Shown here: piece by piece, positions 35,701 to 48,891 of the stretch
Layout of the letters: each line of letters begins with the position of its first letter
Numbering within the stretch: position 1 is the stretch's first letter
Notes under the pieces: model-generated
What the model was told of the DNA's origin: nothing
The model's database searches: none
What the model saw: the letters and a program-made list of their open reading frames with translations, nothing else
Origin: Mustelus asterias
Taxonomy: Eukaryota
Direction: 5' to 3'
NCBI RefSeq assembly: GCF_964213995.1
Contig: NW_027590120.1
Coordinates: 310,001 to 374,000 of the forward strand
Length of the DNA stretch: 64,000 nucleotides
Translations under genes and position numbers: made by a program

Positions 35701-37735
35701 CAAGATTTATGAGCATTTAGAGAGGTTTAGTATGCTCAAGAATACTCAGCATGGCTTTGTCACAGGCAGATCGTGCCTTACAAGCCTGGTGGAGTTCTTC
35801 GAAAATGTGACTAAACACATTGACGAAGGGAAAGCGGTAGATGTGCTTTATATGGATTTTAGCAAGGCGTTCGATCAGGTCCCCCATGCAAGGCTTCTCG
35901 AAAAAGTGAGAGGGCATGGGATCCAAGGGGCTGCTGCCCTGTGGATCCAGAACTGGCTTGCCCAAAGGAGGCAGAAAGTGTGTATTGATGGGTCTTTTTC
36001 TAAATGGAGATCGGTCACCAGTGGTGTGCCCCAGGGATCTGTTCTGGGACCATTGCTGTTTGTCATTTTCATAAATGACCTGGATGAGGAAATGGAGGGA
36101 TGGGTTGGTAAGTTTGCCGACGACACGAAGGTTGGTGGGGTTGTGGATAGTCTGGAGGGATGTCAGAAGTTACAGAGGGACATAGATAGGATGCAAGTCT
36201 GGGCGAAGAAGTGGCAGATGGACTTCAACCCAGATAAATGCGTAGTGGTCCATTTTGGCAGGTCAAATGGGATGAAGGAGTACAATATAAAGGGAAAGAC
36301 TCTTAGTACTGTCGAGGATCAGAAGGACCTTGGGGTCCGGGTCCATAGGGCTCTAAAATCGGCCCCACAGGTGGAGGAGGTGGTTAAGAAGGCGTATGGT
36401 GTGCTGGCCTTTATCAATCGAGGGATTGAGTTTAGGAGTCCGGGGATAATGATGCAGATATAGAAGACCCTCGTCAGACCCCACTTGGAGTACTGTGCTC
36501 AGTTCTGGTCGCCTCATTACAGGAAGGATGTGGAAAAGATTGAAAGGGTGCAGAGGCGATTTACAGGGATGTTGCCTGGATTGAGTGGCATGCCTTATGA
36601 GGATAGGCTGAGGGAGCTCGGTCTTTTCTCCTTGGAGAAACGTAGGATGAGGGGAGACCTAATAGAGGTATATAAGATGTTGAGAGGCATAGATCGGGTG
36701 GACTCTCAGAGGCTTTTTCCCAGGGTGGAAATGGCTGCTACGAGAGGACATAGGTTTAAGGTGCTGGGGTGTAGGTGCAGGGGAGATGTTAGGGGGAAGT
36801 TTATCACATGGAGGGTGGTGGGCGAATGGAATTGGCTGCCATCAGTGGTGGTGGAGGCAAAGTCAGTAGGGTCTTTTAAGAGACTCCTGGATGAGTACAT
36901 GGGACTTAATAGGATGGAGGGTTATAGGTAGGCCTAAAAGGTAGGGATATGTTCGGCACAACTTGTGGGGCCGAAGGGCCTGTTTTGTGCTGTAGTTTTC
37001 TATGTTTCTATGTTAAAGAAGGAATGTAAGAAAAGGGATAACCAGCCGTGGATAACTAAGGAAATAAAGGAGAGTATTAAATTAAAAACCGATGCGTACA
37101 GAGTGGCCAAAACTAGTGGGGGATTAGAAGGTTGGGAAAGCTTTAAAAAACAACAAAGAACTACTAAGAAAGCGAGAAAGAAAGGAAAGATAGATTATGA
37201 AACTAAACTAGCACAAAATATAAAAACTGATGGCAAAAGTTTTTACAAATGTATAAAAAGGAAAAGAGTAGCTAAAGTAAATGTTGGACCCTTAGAAGGC
37301 GAGAAGGAGGATTTAATAATGGGAAACGAGGAAATGGCCAAGGCCTTAAACAAGTTTTTGTGTCGGTCTTCACGGTAGAGGACACAAATAGCTTACCGAA
37401 AATTGACGGTTGTGGGACTATAGGGGGTGAGGTCCTTAAAACGATTACTATTACTAAAGAGGTAGTGCTTGGTTGGCTAATGGGACTAAAGGTAGACAAG
37501 TCCCCGGGCCCGGATGGAATGCATCCCAGGGTCCGGATAGAAATGGCAGAAGTAATAGCAGATGCGTTGGTTGTAATTTATCAAAATTCACTGGACTCTG
37601 GGGAAGTGCCGGCTGATTGGAAAACAGCTAATGTGATGCCACTGTTTAAAAAAGGAGGTAGACAAAAGGCGGGTAACTACAGCCCGGTTAGCTTAACATC
37701 CGTAGTTGGGAAATTGCTGGAATCCATCATTAAAC
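32790..37735 (+). mobile_element. CR1 LINE (ORF1 Zn-finger/SGNH esterase, ORF2 endonuclease and start of RT), interrupted and 3'-truncated
   Basis: ORF1 VVVIGDSVVR..VVVHVGANDI..DGLRLN; APE domain YLNARSI..AITETWL..VYRPP..SDHN; resumes at 37014 with QPWITKEIKESIK..KSPGPDG. Confidence 0.92.
34860..37013 (+). mobile_element. Younger 5'-truncated CR1 nested in the older CR1
   Basis: Complete RT (GVPQGSVLGP, KFADDTK), own (tttctatg)n tail ending ~37012, TAAAG on both sides. Confidence 0.9.
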
Positions 37736-38692
37736 ATTTCTAAAACAAAAAGGTAAAAGTGATGGTCAATTGAGCCAGGATTTTATTCTGGGACCTTCCT
37801 GTCCAGAAGTCCAGAAGTAACATCAGCTGAGATTGTAACTTAGCAGCAGAAACCCATCTTCTGTTCTATTCCCCCAATTCCCACAAAATAGTTTTTAGAT
37901 TTGGGTGAGTTTGTATAAAATTGACAATGGTGGAGATTCAAGACACTTAACAAGTGAATAAAGGCAAAAGATTCCACAGATTCTGCACAAACAAAATAAA
38001 CTTTACTATACACAATGATAAAGGGAAAACAAGTTACAATATGTGGAAGGTAAAACATTCAAGGACTTTAGAGAGGAAAGGGAGGTGGGATGGTAGTTTA
38101 CAAGGGCATGTGTCAAAGATATTTTAATGAGAAGTGGGTGATGATATCGGATTTGAAGGAGAGGAAGATATTGGCAATATCAGCTGATATGGAGAAGTTG
38201 TGCTGTCAGTAGGACAGTGGGAATAGGATTGAGGGATCAAGAGATGGGTCTCATGGGCAAGATGAGCTCTAAGAGGACATGAGGGGAGGCAGGAGAGAAA
38301 CTGCAGAAAGATGAGAGTTCAGAGCTCAGACAAAGGGGAGCGTTAGAGGAGGTTTGTTCCAGTGAGTTAGGGGAAGGAGGGAAGCAGGAGAGGCAGCTGA
38401 TTGGATTGTCTCAAACTTAGTGACAAAGAAGATTGTGAGTTTTATTTCCAATGAGCACTTGTGGGGAGGTGAAGATGGGAGAGGGACAATGGGAGAGCAA
38501 CTCAAAAGGAATTCAGTTGTGCTGATGATATTAAAAAGATTCACAGTACTGAACACAAAGATAATTGATTTGACTTTTATTCAGAATATTAAACAGTATA
38601 ACTGGCTGGAGTTCATTAACATCAACAAAAACAAACGCAATGAACGTATTACAGTCCTGGATAGGATTAACAGCAGATTCCAATCACTGTGG

Positions 38693-39562
38693 TTACTCGT
38701 GAATTCTTTGGTGTCTAAGCAGGTAGGATGACTGAGTGAATCTCTTCCCACTCTCAGAGCAGGTGAATGGCCTTTCCCCAGTGTGAGCTCGCTTGTGTCT
38801 CAGCAGGCTGGAGGACTGAATGAATCCCTTCCCACACTCGGAGCAGGTGAATGGCCTTTCCCCAGTGTGGGTGCGCTGGTGTAGAATGAGGTCATATGAT
38901 CGCCTGAACCCAGTCCCGCAGTGAGAGCACCTGAACGGTCTCTCATCAGTGTGAACACATTGATGGGAAGTCAGTTCACCAGAACTTTTATAGCACTTCT
39001 CACAGTCAGAGCATTTAAATGGTCTCTCCCCAGTGTGAACTCGCTGGTGTGTCAATAGTTGGGATGACCGAGTGAATCCCTTTCCACACTCGGAGCAGGT
39101 GAATGGTATCTCCCCAGTGTGAATTCGCTGGTGTACAGTAAGGCTATGTGAATGCTTGAACCCAATCCCACAGTGAGAGCATCTGAACGGTCTCTCATCA
39201 GTGTGAACACGTTGATGGGACGTCAGTTCCCAAGAACTTTTGAAGCATTTCCCACAGTCTGAGCATTTAAAAGGTCTCTCATCAGTGTGAACTCGCTGAT
39301 GAGCAAGTAGATTGGATGACTGAGTGAAACCCTTCCCACACTCAGAGCAGGTGAACGGTCTCTCCCCAGTGTGACTGCGCCGATGAGCTTCCAGCTGGGA
39401 TGGGTAATTAAATTCCTTCCCACAGTCCACACATTTCCACAGTTTTTCCAAGGAGTGGCTGCACTTACGTTTTGACAGGCCAGAGGATCGGCTGAAGCCT
39501 CGTCCACACACAGAACCCGTGTACGGTTTCTCTCCACTGTGAATAGTGCTTTTTCCTTCCAT
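38693..39562 (-). CDS. C2H2 zinc-finger protein, 289 aa (~8 intact + 2 degenerate fingers)
   Basis: Tandem CxxC..H..H with TGERPF/TDERPF linkers in an uninterrupted ORF; acceptor-like tttcacag at ~39645. Confidence 0.88.
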   Translation of the reverse strand: MEGKSTIHSGEKPYTGSVCGRGFSRSSGLSKRKCSHSLEKLWKCVDCGKEFNYPSQLEAHRRSHTGERPFTCSECGKGFTQSSNLLAHQRVHTDERPFKCSDCGKCFKSSWELTSHQRVHTDERPFRCSHCGIGFKHSHSLTVHQRIHTGEIPFTCSECGKGFTRSSQLLTHQRVHTGERPFKCSDCEKCYKSSGELTSHQCVHTDERPFRCSHCGTGFRRSYDLILHQRTHTGERPFTCSECGKGFIQSSSLLRHKRAHTGERPFTCSESGKRFTQSSYLLRHQRIHE

Positions 39563-40077
39563 GTTCCAAATTGGACGACTCTGGCAGTTCCTGATATGAT
39601 ATTTACTTTCAGTTTCCTGACTGCAAATCGTCCCCTTCTAGTCCCTGTGAAACTGATTTAAAACAGAAAAAAGGGGATTGAGAGAGAACCCATAGAGACA
39701 GGTGATGAACAGAGTCCAGACCGAAGCAACAGTTAAAAAAACACGCAGGAGGCCAGGAACTGAGTTCTGCATCCAACACGCAGCCTGATTCAAACCGGCT
39801 CCTAACTGTGTTTCTAAATTCGAACCTATAAAAGAATAACACAGAAAACTCTGTGGAGACTGTATCTTCGACAAAAAAACAAATCCTCGAGATATTCAGC
39901 AGACTAGGCAGCCTGTGAGAGTTACAAACAGAACTGAGGGCTCAGGTAGCTGACCTGCCCTCAGTCTATAATGAAACATCTAGAGTCAAGCACTGACTAA
40001 TGGCCGTCACATTTCCCACAATGCTCTGCGCCCCAGAAACCCCTCTATTCAAAAGTTGCTCACCGTTATTCACTAAT

Positions 40078-40895
40078 CATAGAATCCTTACAGTGCAGAA
40101 AGAGGCCATTTTACCCATCGAGTCTCTACTGACTCTGAGAGCATCTTTCCCAGGCTCACCCCCTATCCCAGTAACCCCACGCACTTACTCTGCTAATCCC
40201 CATCCTGACCTTTTTCTTCACCCTGCCTGCAACCGCAACAATATATTCTGTACCCGACTCTTTTCCTTTCCCCAAATGTACTTTATCAAATTATGACTTT
40301 TTTTTCTGTATAACACGCAAGAAATAATTTTCACTGTATCCCAGAACATGCAACAATAATAAATCAAATTAGACCCTACACATCTTGGGACACTAAGGGA
40401 CAAATTTAACATGGTCAATTCACCTAACCAGCACACGTTTGGGCAGTGAGAGGAAACCAGAGCACCCAGAGGAAATGCACACAGACGGCGGTGGGGGGGG
40501 GGGGGGGGAATTGTGCAAACTCCACACCTGAGGTGGCGATGTTGGACTGGGGTGGGCACAGTAAGAAGTCTCACAACATCAGGTTATTTGGAACCACGAG
40601 CTTTTGGAGAGCTGATGAAGGAGCAGCTTTGACAAACGGTCATCTGGACTCAAAATGTCAATTCTTTTCTCTCTTTACAGATGCTGCCAGACCTGCTGAG
40701 ATTTTCCAGCATTTCCTCTTTTGGTTTCAGATTCCAGAATCCGCAGTAATTTGCATTGATTCCAAATGAATTTATTGGACGTTAACCTGATATTGTGAGA
40801 GTTCTTACTGTGCAAACTCCACACAGACAGTCACACACCCACGGCTAGATTCGAACCCTGGCGCTGTGAGGCAGCAGTGCGAACCATTGTGTCAC
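40078..40895 (-). mobile_element. HE1/V-SINE with nested Penelope-associated repeats
   Basis: SINE split by an insert at ~40530-40810; 'tgtgcaaactccacac' is present on both sides. Confidence 0.65.
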
Positions 40896-43121
40896 AGTGA
40901 AGGTAGTTTGCCGCAAATTTGGGGTGATAACAATGGGCTGGATGTTGCTCAGAATGTGGAGCACTGCAGCAAAGTACAGAGAGACAGAGCAGCAGACTGG
41001 ACTGAGAAATGGAGTCTGCAGACTGGAACTGGCAGCATGAGGAGAGGTTATTTAGTCTAACACTCACAGCAATCTACAACCCACCCCCATTACCGAGACA
41101 GTGAGACAGAGATTACAAACACTCACCAACACAGCTCCACAGAAACGTCCCAGGAAAAAGAGGGAATCTGTGGCAGTTCCTGTCCTGAAATAGCCCCAGG
41201 ACTGTCACTCAAACCCCCAACCCGGCCCAGTTCACAGCTCAGCCTCTCAGCTTGCAGCTTCCTGCACCTTGAGCCAACCTTGCCCAGGTGTGGGAGGGTC
41301 TGTGAAACCACAGAATGGGGGGAGGGGTGACCTCCTGCTGTGTCCCAAATAGTTTGTCCTTCCCCTCCCCCTTGGCGCTCTAAGCTCTCAATGTGGACAG
41401 ATTGCTGGACTTTGCAGAGCCTCACTGAGCTGCGCCTGTCCCTTATCCTGGGTCACCCCCTCTCCCTGGGTTTAGTGTGTGTGAAATCGCTGCTTGTTTC
41501 CCTGCTGAACCTTCAGTTAAACACAAACAGAAAATGCTGGAGAACCTCAGCATTTCTGGCAGCACCTATGATCATCCAGACTGGAAACATTAATTCTGTT
41601 CTCTCTCCACAGATGCAGTCAGACCTGCTGAGATTTCCAGCATTTTCTGTTTCAGATTCCAGCATCCGCAGTATTTTTGCTTTTATCTTCATTTAAACAA
41701 GCATTCTTTGATGGCCTTTACCCCCATTGCTCCTTTCCAGAGCTTCCCACCTTCTGCTATTGTCCCTGACTCCCACATTAACTCTGTCATTCCTCCCCTT
41801 TACCCCGCTCACCCTGTCTAAACTCAGGCTCAGAGTTTTCCCGCCATCTCCCCCTCCCCCAGCTCCCACATCCCAACACCCGGAATCTCTAACCCAGCGG
41901 TTCCAGTTTGTCTGGTTTGAGTTCAGATTTGCCGCAGCACCGACAGGATTTCACTTCAAACCAGCCGGAACTGACTGCTCACAAATCCCCAAATGTTTCT
42001 CCAGCAGCCCGGGCTTGTTAACGTTGTTTAAAGTCAGTTTCAGTTACTCTCTTCAGTTTAAAAAACTTCTCCATTTAATTTAAGATATTACTCGCACCAG
42101 ACACAAATATAAAACAGTGAACATTATCCCCCCACCCTGACCCGAGCTGGAGTGTCCCGAGGAAGAGACATCTGTTCCGGGTGTAACAATTCTTCGACAT
42201 TCTCTGTGACATAAAGCAGGAAACGCTGGAAATACTCAACAAGTCAGGCAGCCTCTGTGGAGAGAGAAACAGACTGAATGTGACCTGTCATCGGAACTGG
42301 GAAAAATATTATTTCCTGCAACTAAAAGAGACACTTTACAGCCTTCAGAACAAAACTGAGCTCAACAATTTTACACCACAATCTCTGCCCCCATTGTGTT
42401 CTGTGTTTCGTTGTTGCTTCTTTCACCTCATTTCCCTCTTGTTTTCTTTACTTTGCATTCGGACTATTGCTAACCGGCTATTTCCACCTCATCCAGATCA
42501 TCTTTTGTGTCTTTACTTGTCCCATTAACACTCGTTTTGGTCTTGGGCTGTGAATCATGTTATCAGTTTGCAGATTTTTCATTTTGTTCTTCTCCACCTC
42601 CCTCTCTCCCTTCTTCACGGGTCTGGCTTTCCCTGTGTGGCTCCGGAGAACGAGCGGATTTAAGACGTCTGAAAGAGAGAGAATGAGATTTTTTTTTCTC
42701 TCAGAGGGTCTTTGGTCTGTGGAATTCTCTTCCCCAGAGAGCAGTGGAGAGAGAGTCATTGAATATTTTTAAGGCTGATTCATTGAATTCTTGAGAGGAA
42801 AGTGGAGTTTTGGTCACAGTCAGATCAGCTGGGATCTTATCTGGAGCAGAGCAGCCCAAAGGTCTACTGCTGCTCTTGATTCATATGGATGTTTAACTGT
42901 GTGTTTCACTCTGTTTCTGCCTCCACACAAACTGCCGGGCCTGTTGACTCTTTGTGGCGTTGACTGTTTTATTTCAGATTTTAACACTCTAACCTCACGG
43001 TTAAGCTATTGCAGAAGATACGGAGGCATGGGATTGAGGGTGATTTAGCGGTTTGGATCAGGAATTGGCTAGCTGTAAGAAGATTTTAAACTCTCTGGGA
43101 ACTGTGCCCAGGGACACACAC

Positions 43122-46100
43122 ACAATTAATCCAGTTCTCCTGGATTACTGCTCTGTAACATATCACTGTGTAATCCAACAATTAATCCAGTTCCCCTGGA
43201 TTTCGGCTCTGTTACATATCACTGTGTAATCTAACAATTACTCCAGTTCCCCTGGATTCCTGCTCTGTAACATATCACTGTGTAATCTAACAATTACTCC
43301 AGTTCCCCTGGATTACTGCTCTGTAACATATCACTGTGTAATCCAACAATTAATCCAGTTCCCCTGGATTACTGCTCTGTAACATATCACTGTGTAATCC
43401 AACAATTAATCCAGTTCCCCTGGATTACTGCTCTGTAACATATCACTGTGTAATCTAACAATTACTCCAGTTCCCCTGGATTACTGCTCTGTAACATATC
43501 ACTGTGTAATCTAACAATTAATCCAGTTCCCCTGGATTTCTGCTCTGTTACATATCACTGTGTAATCCAACAATTAATCCAGTTCTCCTGGATTTCTGCT
43601 CTGTAATATATCACTGTGTAATCCAACAATTAATCCAGTTCCCCTGGATTGCTGCTCTGTAACATATCACTGTGTAATCCAACAATGAATCCAGTTCTCC
43701 TGGATTACTGCTCTGTAACATATCACTGTGTAATCCAACAATTAATCCAGTTCCCCTGGATTCCTGCTCTGTAACATATCACTGTGTAATCTAACAATTA
43801 ATCCAGTTCTCCTGGATTCCTGCTCTGTAACATATCACTGTGTAATCTAACAATTAATCCAGTTCCCCTGGATTCCTGCTCTGTAACATATCACTGTGTA
43901 ATCTAACAATTAATCCAGTTCTCCTGGATTCCTGCTCTGTAACATATCACTGTGTAATCTAACAATTAATCCAGTTCCCCTGGAGTCCTGCTCTGTAACA
44001 TATCACTGTGTAATCCAACAATTAATCCAGTTCCCCTGGATTACTGCTCTGTAACATATCACTGTGTAATCTAACAATTAATCCAGTTCCCCTGGATTAC
44101 TGCTCTGTAACATATCACTGTGTAATCCAACAATTAATCCAGTTCCCCTGGATTACTGCTCTGTAACATATCACTGTGTAATCCAACAATTAATCCAGTT
44201 CCCCTGGATTACTGCTCTGTAACATATCACTGTGTAATTCAACAATTAATCCAGTTCTCCTGGATTTCTGCTCTGTAATATATCACTGTGTAATCTAACA
44301 ATTAATCCAGTTCCCCTGGATTACTGCTCTGTAACATATCACTGTGTAATCCAACAATTAATCCAGTTCTCCTGGATTTCTGCTCTGTTACATATCACTG
44401 TGTAATCTAACAATTAATCCAGTTCCCCTGGATTCCTGCTCTGTAACATATCACTGTGTAATCTAACAATTAATCCAGTTCCCCTGGATTACTGCTCTGT
44501 AACATATCACTGTGTAATCCAACAATTAATCCAGTTCTCCTGGATTTCTGCTCTGTTACATATCACTGTGTAATCCAACAATTAATCCAGTTCTCCTGGA
44601 TTTCTGCTCTGTAATATATCACTGTGTAATCCAACAATTAATCCAATTCTCCTGGATTTCTGCGCTGTAACATATCACTGTGTAATCTAACAATTAATCC
44701 AGTTCCCCTGGATTTCTGCTCTGTAACATATCACTGTGTAATCCAACAATTAATCCAGTTCCCCTGGATTACTGCTCTGTAACATATCACTGTGTAATCC
44801 AACAATTAATCCAGTTCGCCTGGATTACTGCTCTGTAACATATCACTGTGTAATCCAACAATTAACCCAGTTCCCCTGGATTTCTGCTCTGTAACATATC
44901 ACTGTGTAATCTAACAATTAATCCAGTTCCCCTGGATTTCTGCTCTGTTACATATCACTGTGTAATCCAACAATTAATCCAGTTCTCCTGGATTTCTGCT
45001 CTGTAATATATCACTGTGTAATCTAACAATTAATCCAGTTCTCCTGGATTACTGCTCTGTAACATATCACTGTGTAATCCAACAATTAATCCAGTTCCCC
45101 TGGATTACTGCTCTGTAACATATCACTGTGTAATCCAACAATTAATCCAGTTCCCCTGGATTACTGCTCTGTAACATATCACTGTGTAATCTAACAATTA
45201 ATCCAGTTCCCCTGGATTACTGCTCTGTAACATATCACTGTGTAATCCAACAATTAATCCAGTTCCCCTGGATTACTGCTCTGTAACATATCACTGTGTA
45301 ATCCAACAATTAATCCAGTTCCCCTGGATTACTGCTCTGTAACATATCACTGTGCAATCCAACAATTAATCCAGTTCCCCTGGATTACTGCTCTGTAACA
45401 TATCACTGTGTAATCCAACAATTAATCCAGTTCCCCTGGATTTCTGCTCTGTAAAATATCACTGTGTAATCCAACAATTAATCCAGTTCCCCTGGATTTC
45501 TGCTCTGTAACATATCACTGTGTAATCTAACAATTAATCCAGTTCTCCTGGATTACTGCTCTTTAATACGTCACTGTGTAATCCAACAATTAATCCAGTT
45601 CCCCTGGATTACTGCTCTGTAACATATCACTGTGTAATCTAACAATTAATCCAGTTCCCCTGGATTTCTGCTCTGTAAAATATCACTGTGTAATCTAACA
45701 ATTAATCCAGTTCTCCTGGATTACTGCTCTTTAATACGTCACTGTGTAATCCAACAATTAATCCAGTTCCCCTGGATTACTGCTCTGTAACATATCACTG
45801 TGTAATCTAACAATTAATCCAGTTCCCCTGGATTTCTGCTCTGTAAAATATCACCGTGTAATCCAACAATTAATCCAGTTCCCCTGGATTACTGCTCTGT
45901 TACATATCACTGTGTAATCCAACAATTAATCCAGTTCCCCTGGATTTCTGCTCTGTTACATTTCACTGTGTAATCCATCAATTAATCCAGTTCCCCTGGA
46001 TTCCTGCTCTGTAACATATCACTGTGTAATCTGACAATTAATCCAGTTCCCCTGGATTCCTGCTCTGTAGCATATCACTGTGTAATCCAACAATTAATCC

Positions 46101-48829
46101 AGTTCCCCTGGATTACTGCTCTGTTACATATCACTGTGTAATCCAACAATTAATCCAGTACCCCTGGATTTCTGCTCTGTTACATTTCACTGTGTAATCT
46201 AACAATTAATCCAGTTCCCCTGGATTTCTGCTCTGTAACATATCACTGTGTAATCCAACAATTAATCCAGGTCCCCTGGATTACTGCTCTGTAACATATC
46301 ACTGTGTAATCTAACAATTAATCCAGTTCTCCTGGATTCCTGCTCTGTAACATATCACTGTGTAATCTAACAATTAATCCAGTTCCCCTGGATTACTGCT
46401 CTGTAACATATCACTGTGTAATCTAACAATTAATCCAGTTCCCCTGGATTCCTGCTCTGTAACATATCACTGTGTAATCTAACAATTAATCCAGTTCCCC
46501 TGGATTCCTGCTCTGTAACATATCACTGTGTAATCTAACAATTAATCCAGTTCCCCTGGATTCCTGCTCTGTAACATATCACTGTGTAATCTAACAATTA
46601 ATCCAGTTCCCCTGGATTTCTGCTCTGTTACATTTCACTGTGTAATCTAACAATTAATCCAGTTCCCCTGGATTTCTGCTCTGTAACATATCACTGTGTA
46701 ATCTAACAATTAATCCAGTTCCCCTGGATTCCTGCTCTGTAACATATCACTGTGTAATCCAACAATTAATCCAGTTCCCCTGGATTACTGCTCTGTAACA
46801 TATCACTGTGTCATCCAACAATTAATCCAGTTCTCCTGGATTACTGCTCTGTAACATATCACTGTGTAATCTAACAATTAATCCAGTTCCCCTGGATTAC
46901 TGCTCTGTAACATATCACTGTGTAATCTAACAATTAATCCAGTTCTCCTGGATTACTGCTCTGTAACATATCACTGTGTAATCTAACAATTAATCCAGTT
47001 CCCCTGGATTCCTGCTCTGTAGCATATCACTGTGTAATCTAACAATTAATCCAGTTCCCCTGGATTCCTGCTCTGTAACATATCACTGTGTAATCCAACA
47101 ATTAATCCAGTTCCCCTGGATTTCTGCTCTGTAACATATCACTGTGTAATCCAACAATTAATCCAGTTCCCCTGGATTACTGCTCTGTAACATATCACTG
47201 TGTAATCCAACAATTAATCCAGTTCCCCTGGATTACTGCTCTGTAACATATCACTGTGTAATCCAACAATTAATCCAGTTCCCCTGGATTTCTGCTCTGT
47301 AAAATATCACTGTGTAATCCAACAATTAATCCAGTTCCCCTGGATTTCTGCTCTGTAACATATCACTGTGTAATCTAACAATTAATCCAGTTCTCCTGGA
47401 TTACTGCTCTTTAATACGTCACTGTGTAATCCAACAATTAATCCAGTTCCCCTGGATTTCTGCTCTGTAACATATCACTGTGTAATCTAACAATTAATCC
47501 AGTTCCCCTGGATTTCTGCTCTGTAAAATATCACTGTGTAATCTAACAATTAATCCAGTTCTCCTGGATTACTGCTCTTTAATACGTCACTGTGTAATCC
47601 AACAATTAATCCAGTTCCCCTGGATTACTGCTCTGTAACATATCACTGTGTAATCTAACAATTAATCCAGTTCCCCTGGATTTCTGCTCTGTAAAATATC
47701 ACTGTGTAATCCAACAATTAATCCAGTTCCCCTGGATTACTGCTCTGTTACATATCACTGTGTAATCCAACAATTAATCCAGTTCCCCTGGATTTCTGCT
47801 CTGTTACATTTCACTGTGTAATCTAACAATTAATCCAGTTCCCCTGGATTCCTGCTCTGTAACATATCACTGTGTAATCCATCAATTAATCCAGTTCCCC
47901 TGGATTACTGCTCTGTTACATATCACTGTGTAATCCAACAATTAATCCAGTTCCCCTGGATTTCTGCTCTGTTACATTTCACTGTGTAATCCATCAATTA
48001 ATCCAGTTCCCCTGGATTTCTGCTCTGTAACATATCACTGTGTAATCTAACAATTAATCCAGTTCCCCTGGATTCCTGCTCTGTAGCATATCACTGTGTA
48101 ATCCAACAATTAATCCAGTTCCCCTGGATTACTGCTCTGTTACATATCACTGTGTAATCCAACAATTAATCCAGTTCCCCTGGATTTCTGCTCTGTTACA
48201 TTTCACTGTGTAATCTAACAATTAATCCAGTTCCCCTGGATTTCTGCTCTGTAACATATCACTGTGTAATCTAACAATTAATCCAGTTCCCCTGGATTCC
48301 TGCTCTGTAACATATCACTATGTAATCTAACAATTAATCCAGTTCCCCTGGATTCCTGCTCTGTAACATATCACTGTGTAATCTAACAATTAATCCAGTT
48401 CCCCTGGATTCCTGCTCTGTAACATATCACTGTGTAATCCAACAATTAATCCAGTTCCCCTGGATTACAGCTCTGTAACATATCACTGTGTAATCTAACA
48501 ATTAATCCAGTTCCCCTGGATTCCTGCTCTGTAACATATCACTGTGTAATCCAACAATTAATCCAGTTCCCCTGGATTACTGCTCTGTAACATATCACTG
48601 TGTAATCTAACAATTAATCCAGTTCCCCTGGATTCCTGCTCTGTAACATATCACTGTGTAATCTAACAATTAATCCAGTTCCCCTGGATTCCTGCTCTGT
48701 AACATATCACTGTGTAATCCAACAATTAATCCAGTTCCCCTGGATTCCTGCTCTGTAACATATCACTGTGTAATCCAACAATTAATCCAGTTCCCCTGGA
48801 TTCCTGCTCTGTTACATATCACTGTGTAA
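43122..48829. repeat. 56-bp tandem satellite, ~102 copies
   Basis: Unit caattaatccagttcccctggattactgctctgtaacatatcactgtgtaatccaa. Confidence 0.97.
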
Positions 48830-48872
48830 CGGAACCCGTTCCTGCTGCCGTGAACACACAAACACAGCGAGG

Positions 48873-48891
48873 GAGCTCCCTCTTGTGGCGA
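48873..48891 (-). promoter_or_regulatory. CTCF-like motif
   Basis: CGCCACAAGAGGGAGC on minus; similar motifs at 23805(-), 24708(+), 28311(-), 31523(-). Confidence 0.55.

Noticed and set aside
33201-36126. Long minus-strand ORFs
   Set aside because: Antisense shadows of CR1 ORF1/ORF2.
43122-48829. CRISPR-like array (regular repeats with a hairpin)
   Set aside because: No unique spacers, no cas genes and a vertebrate context; it is a head-to-tail satellite.
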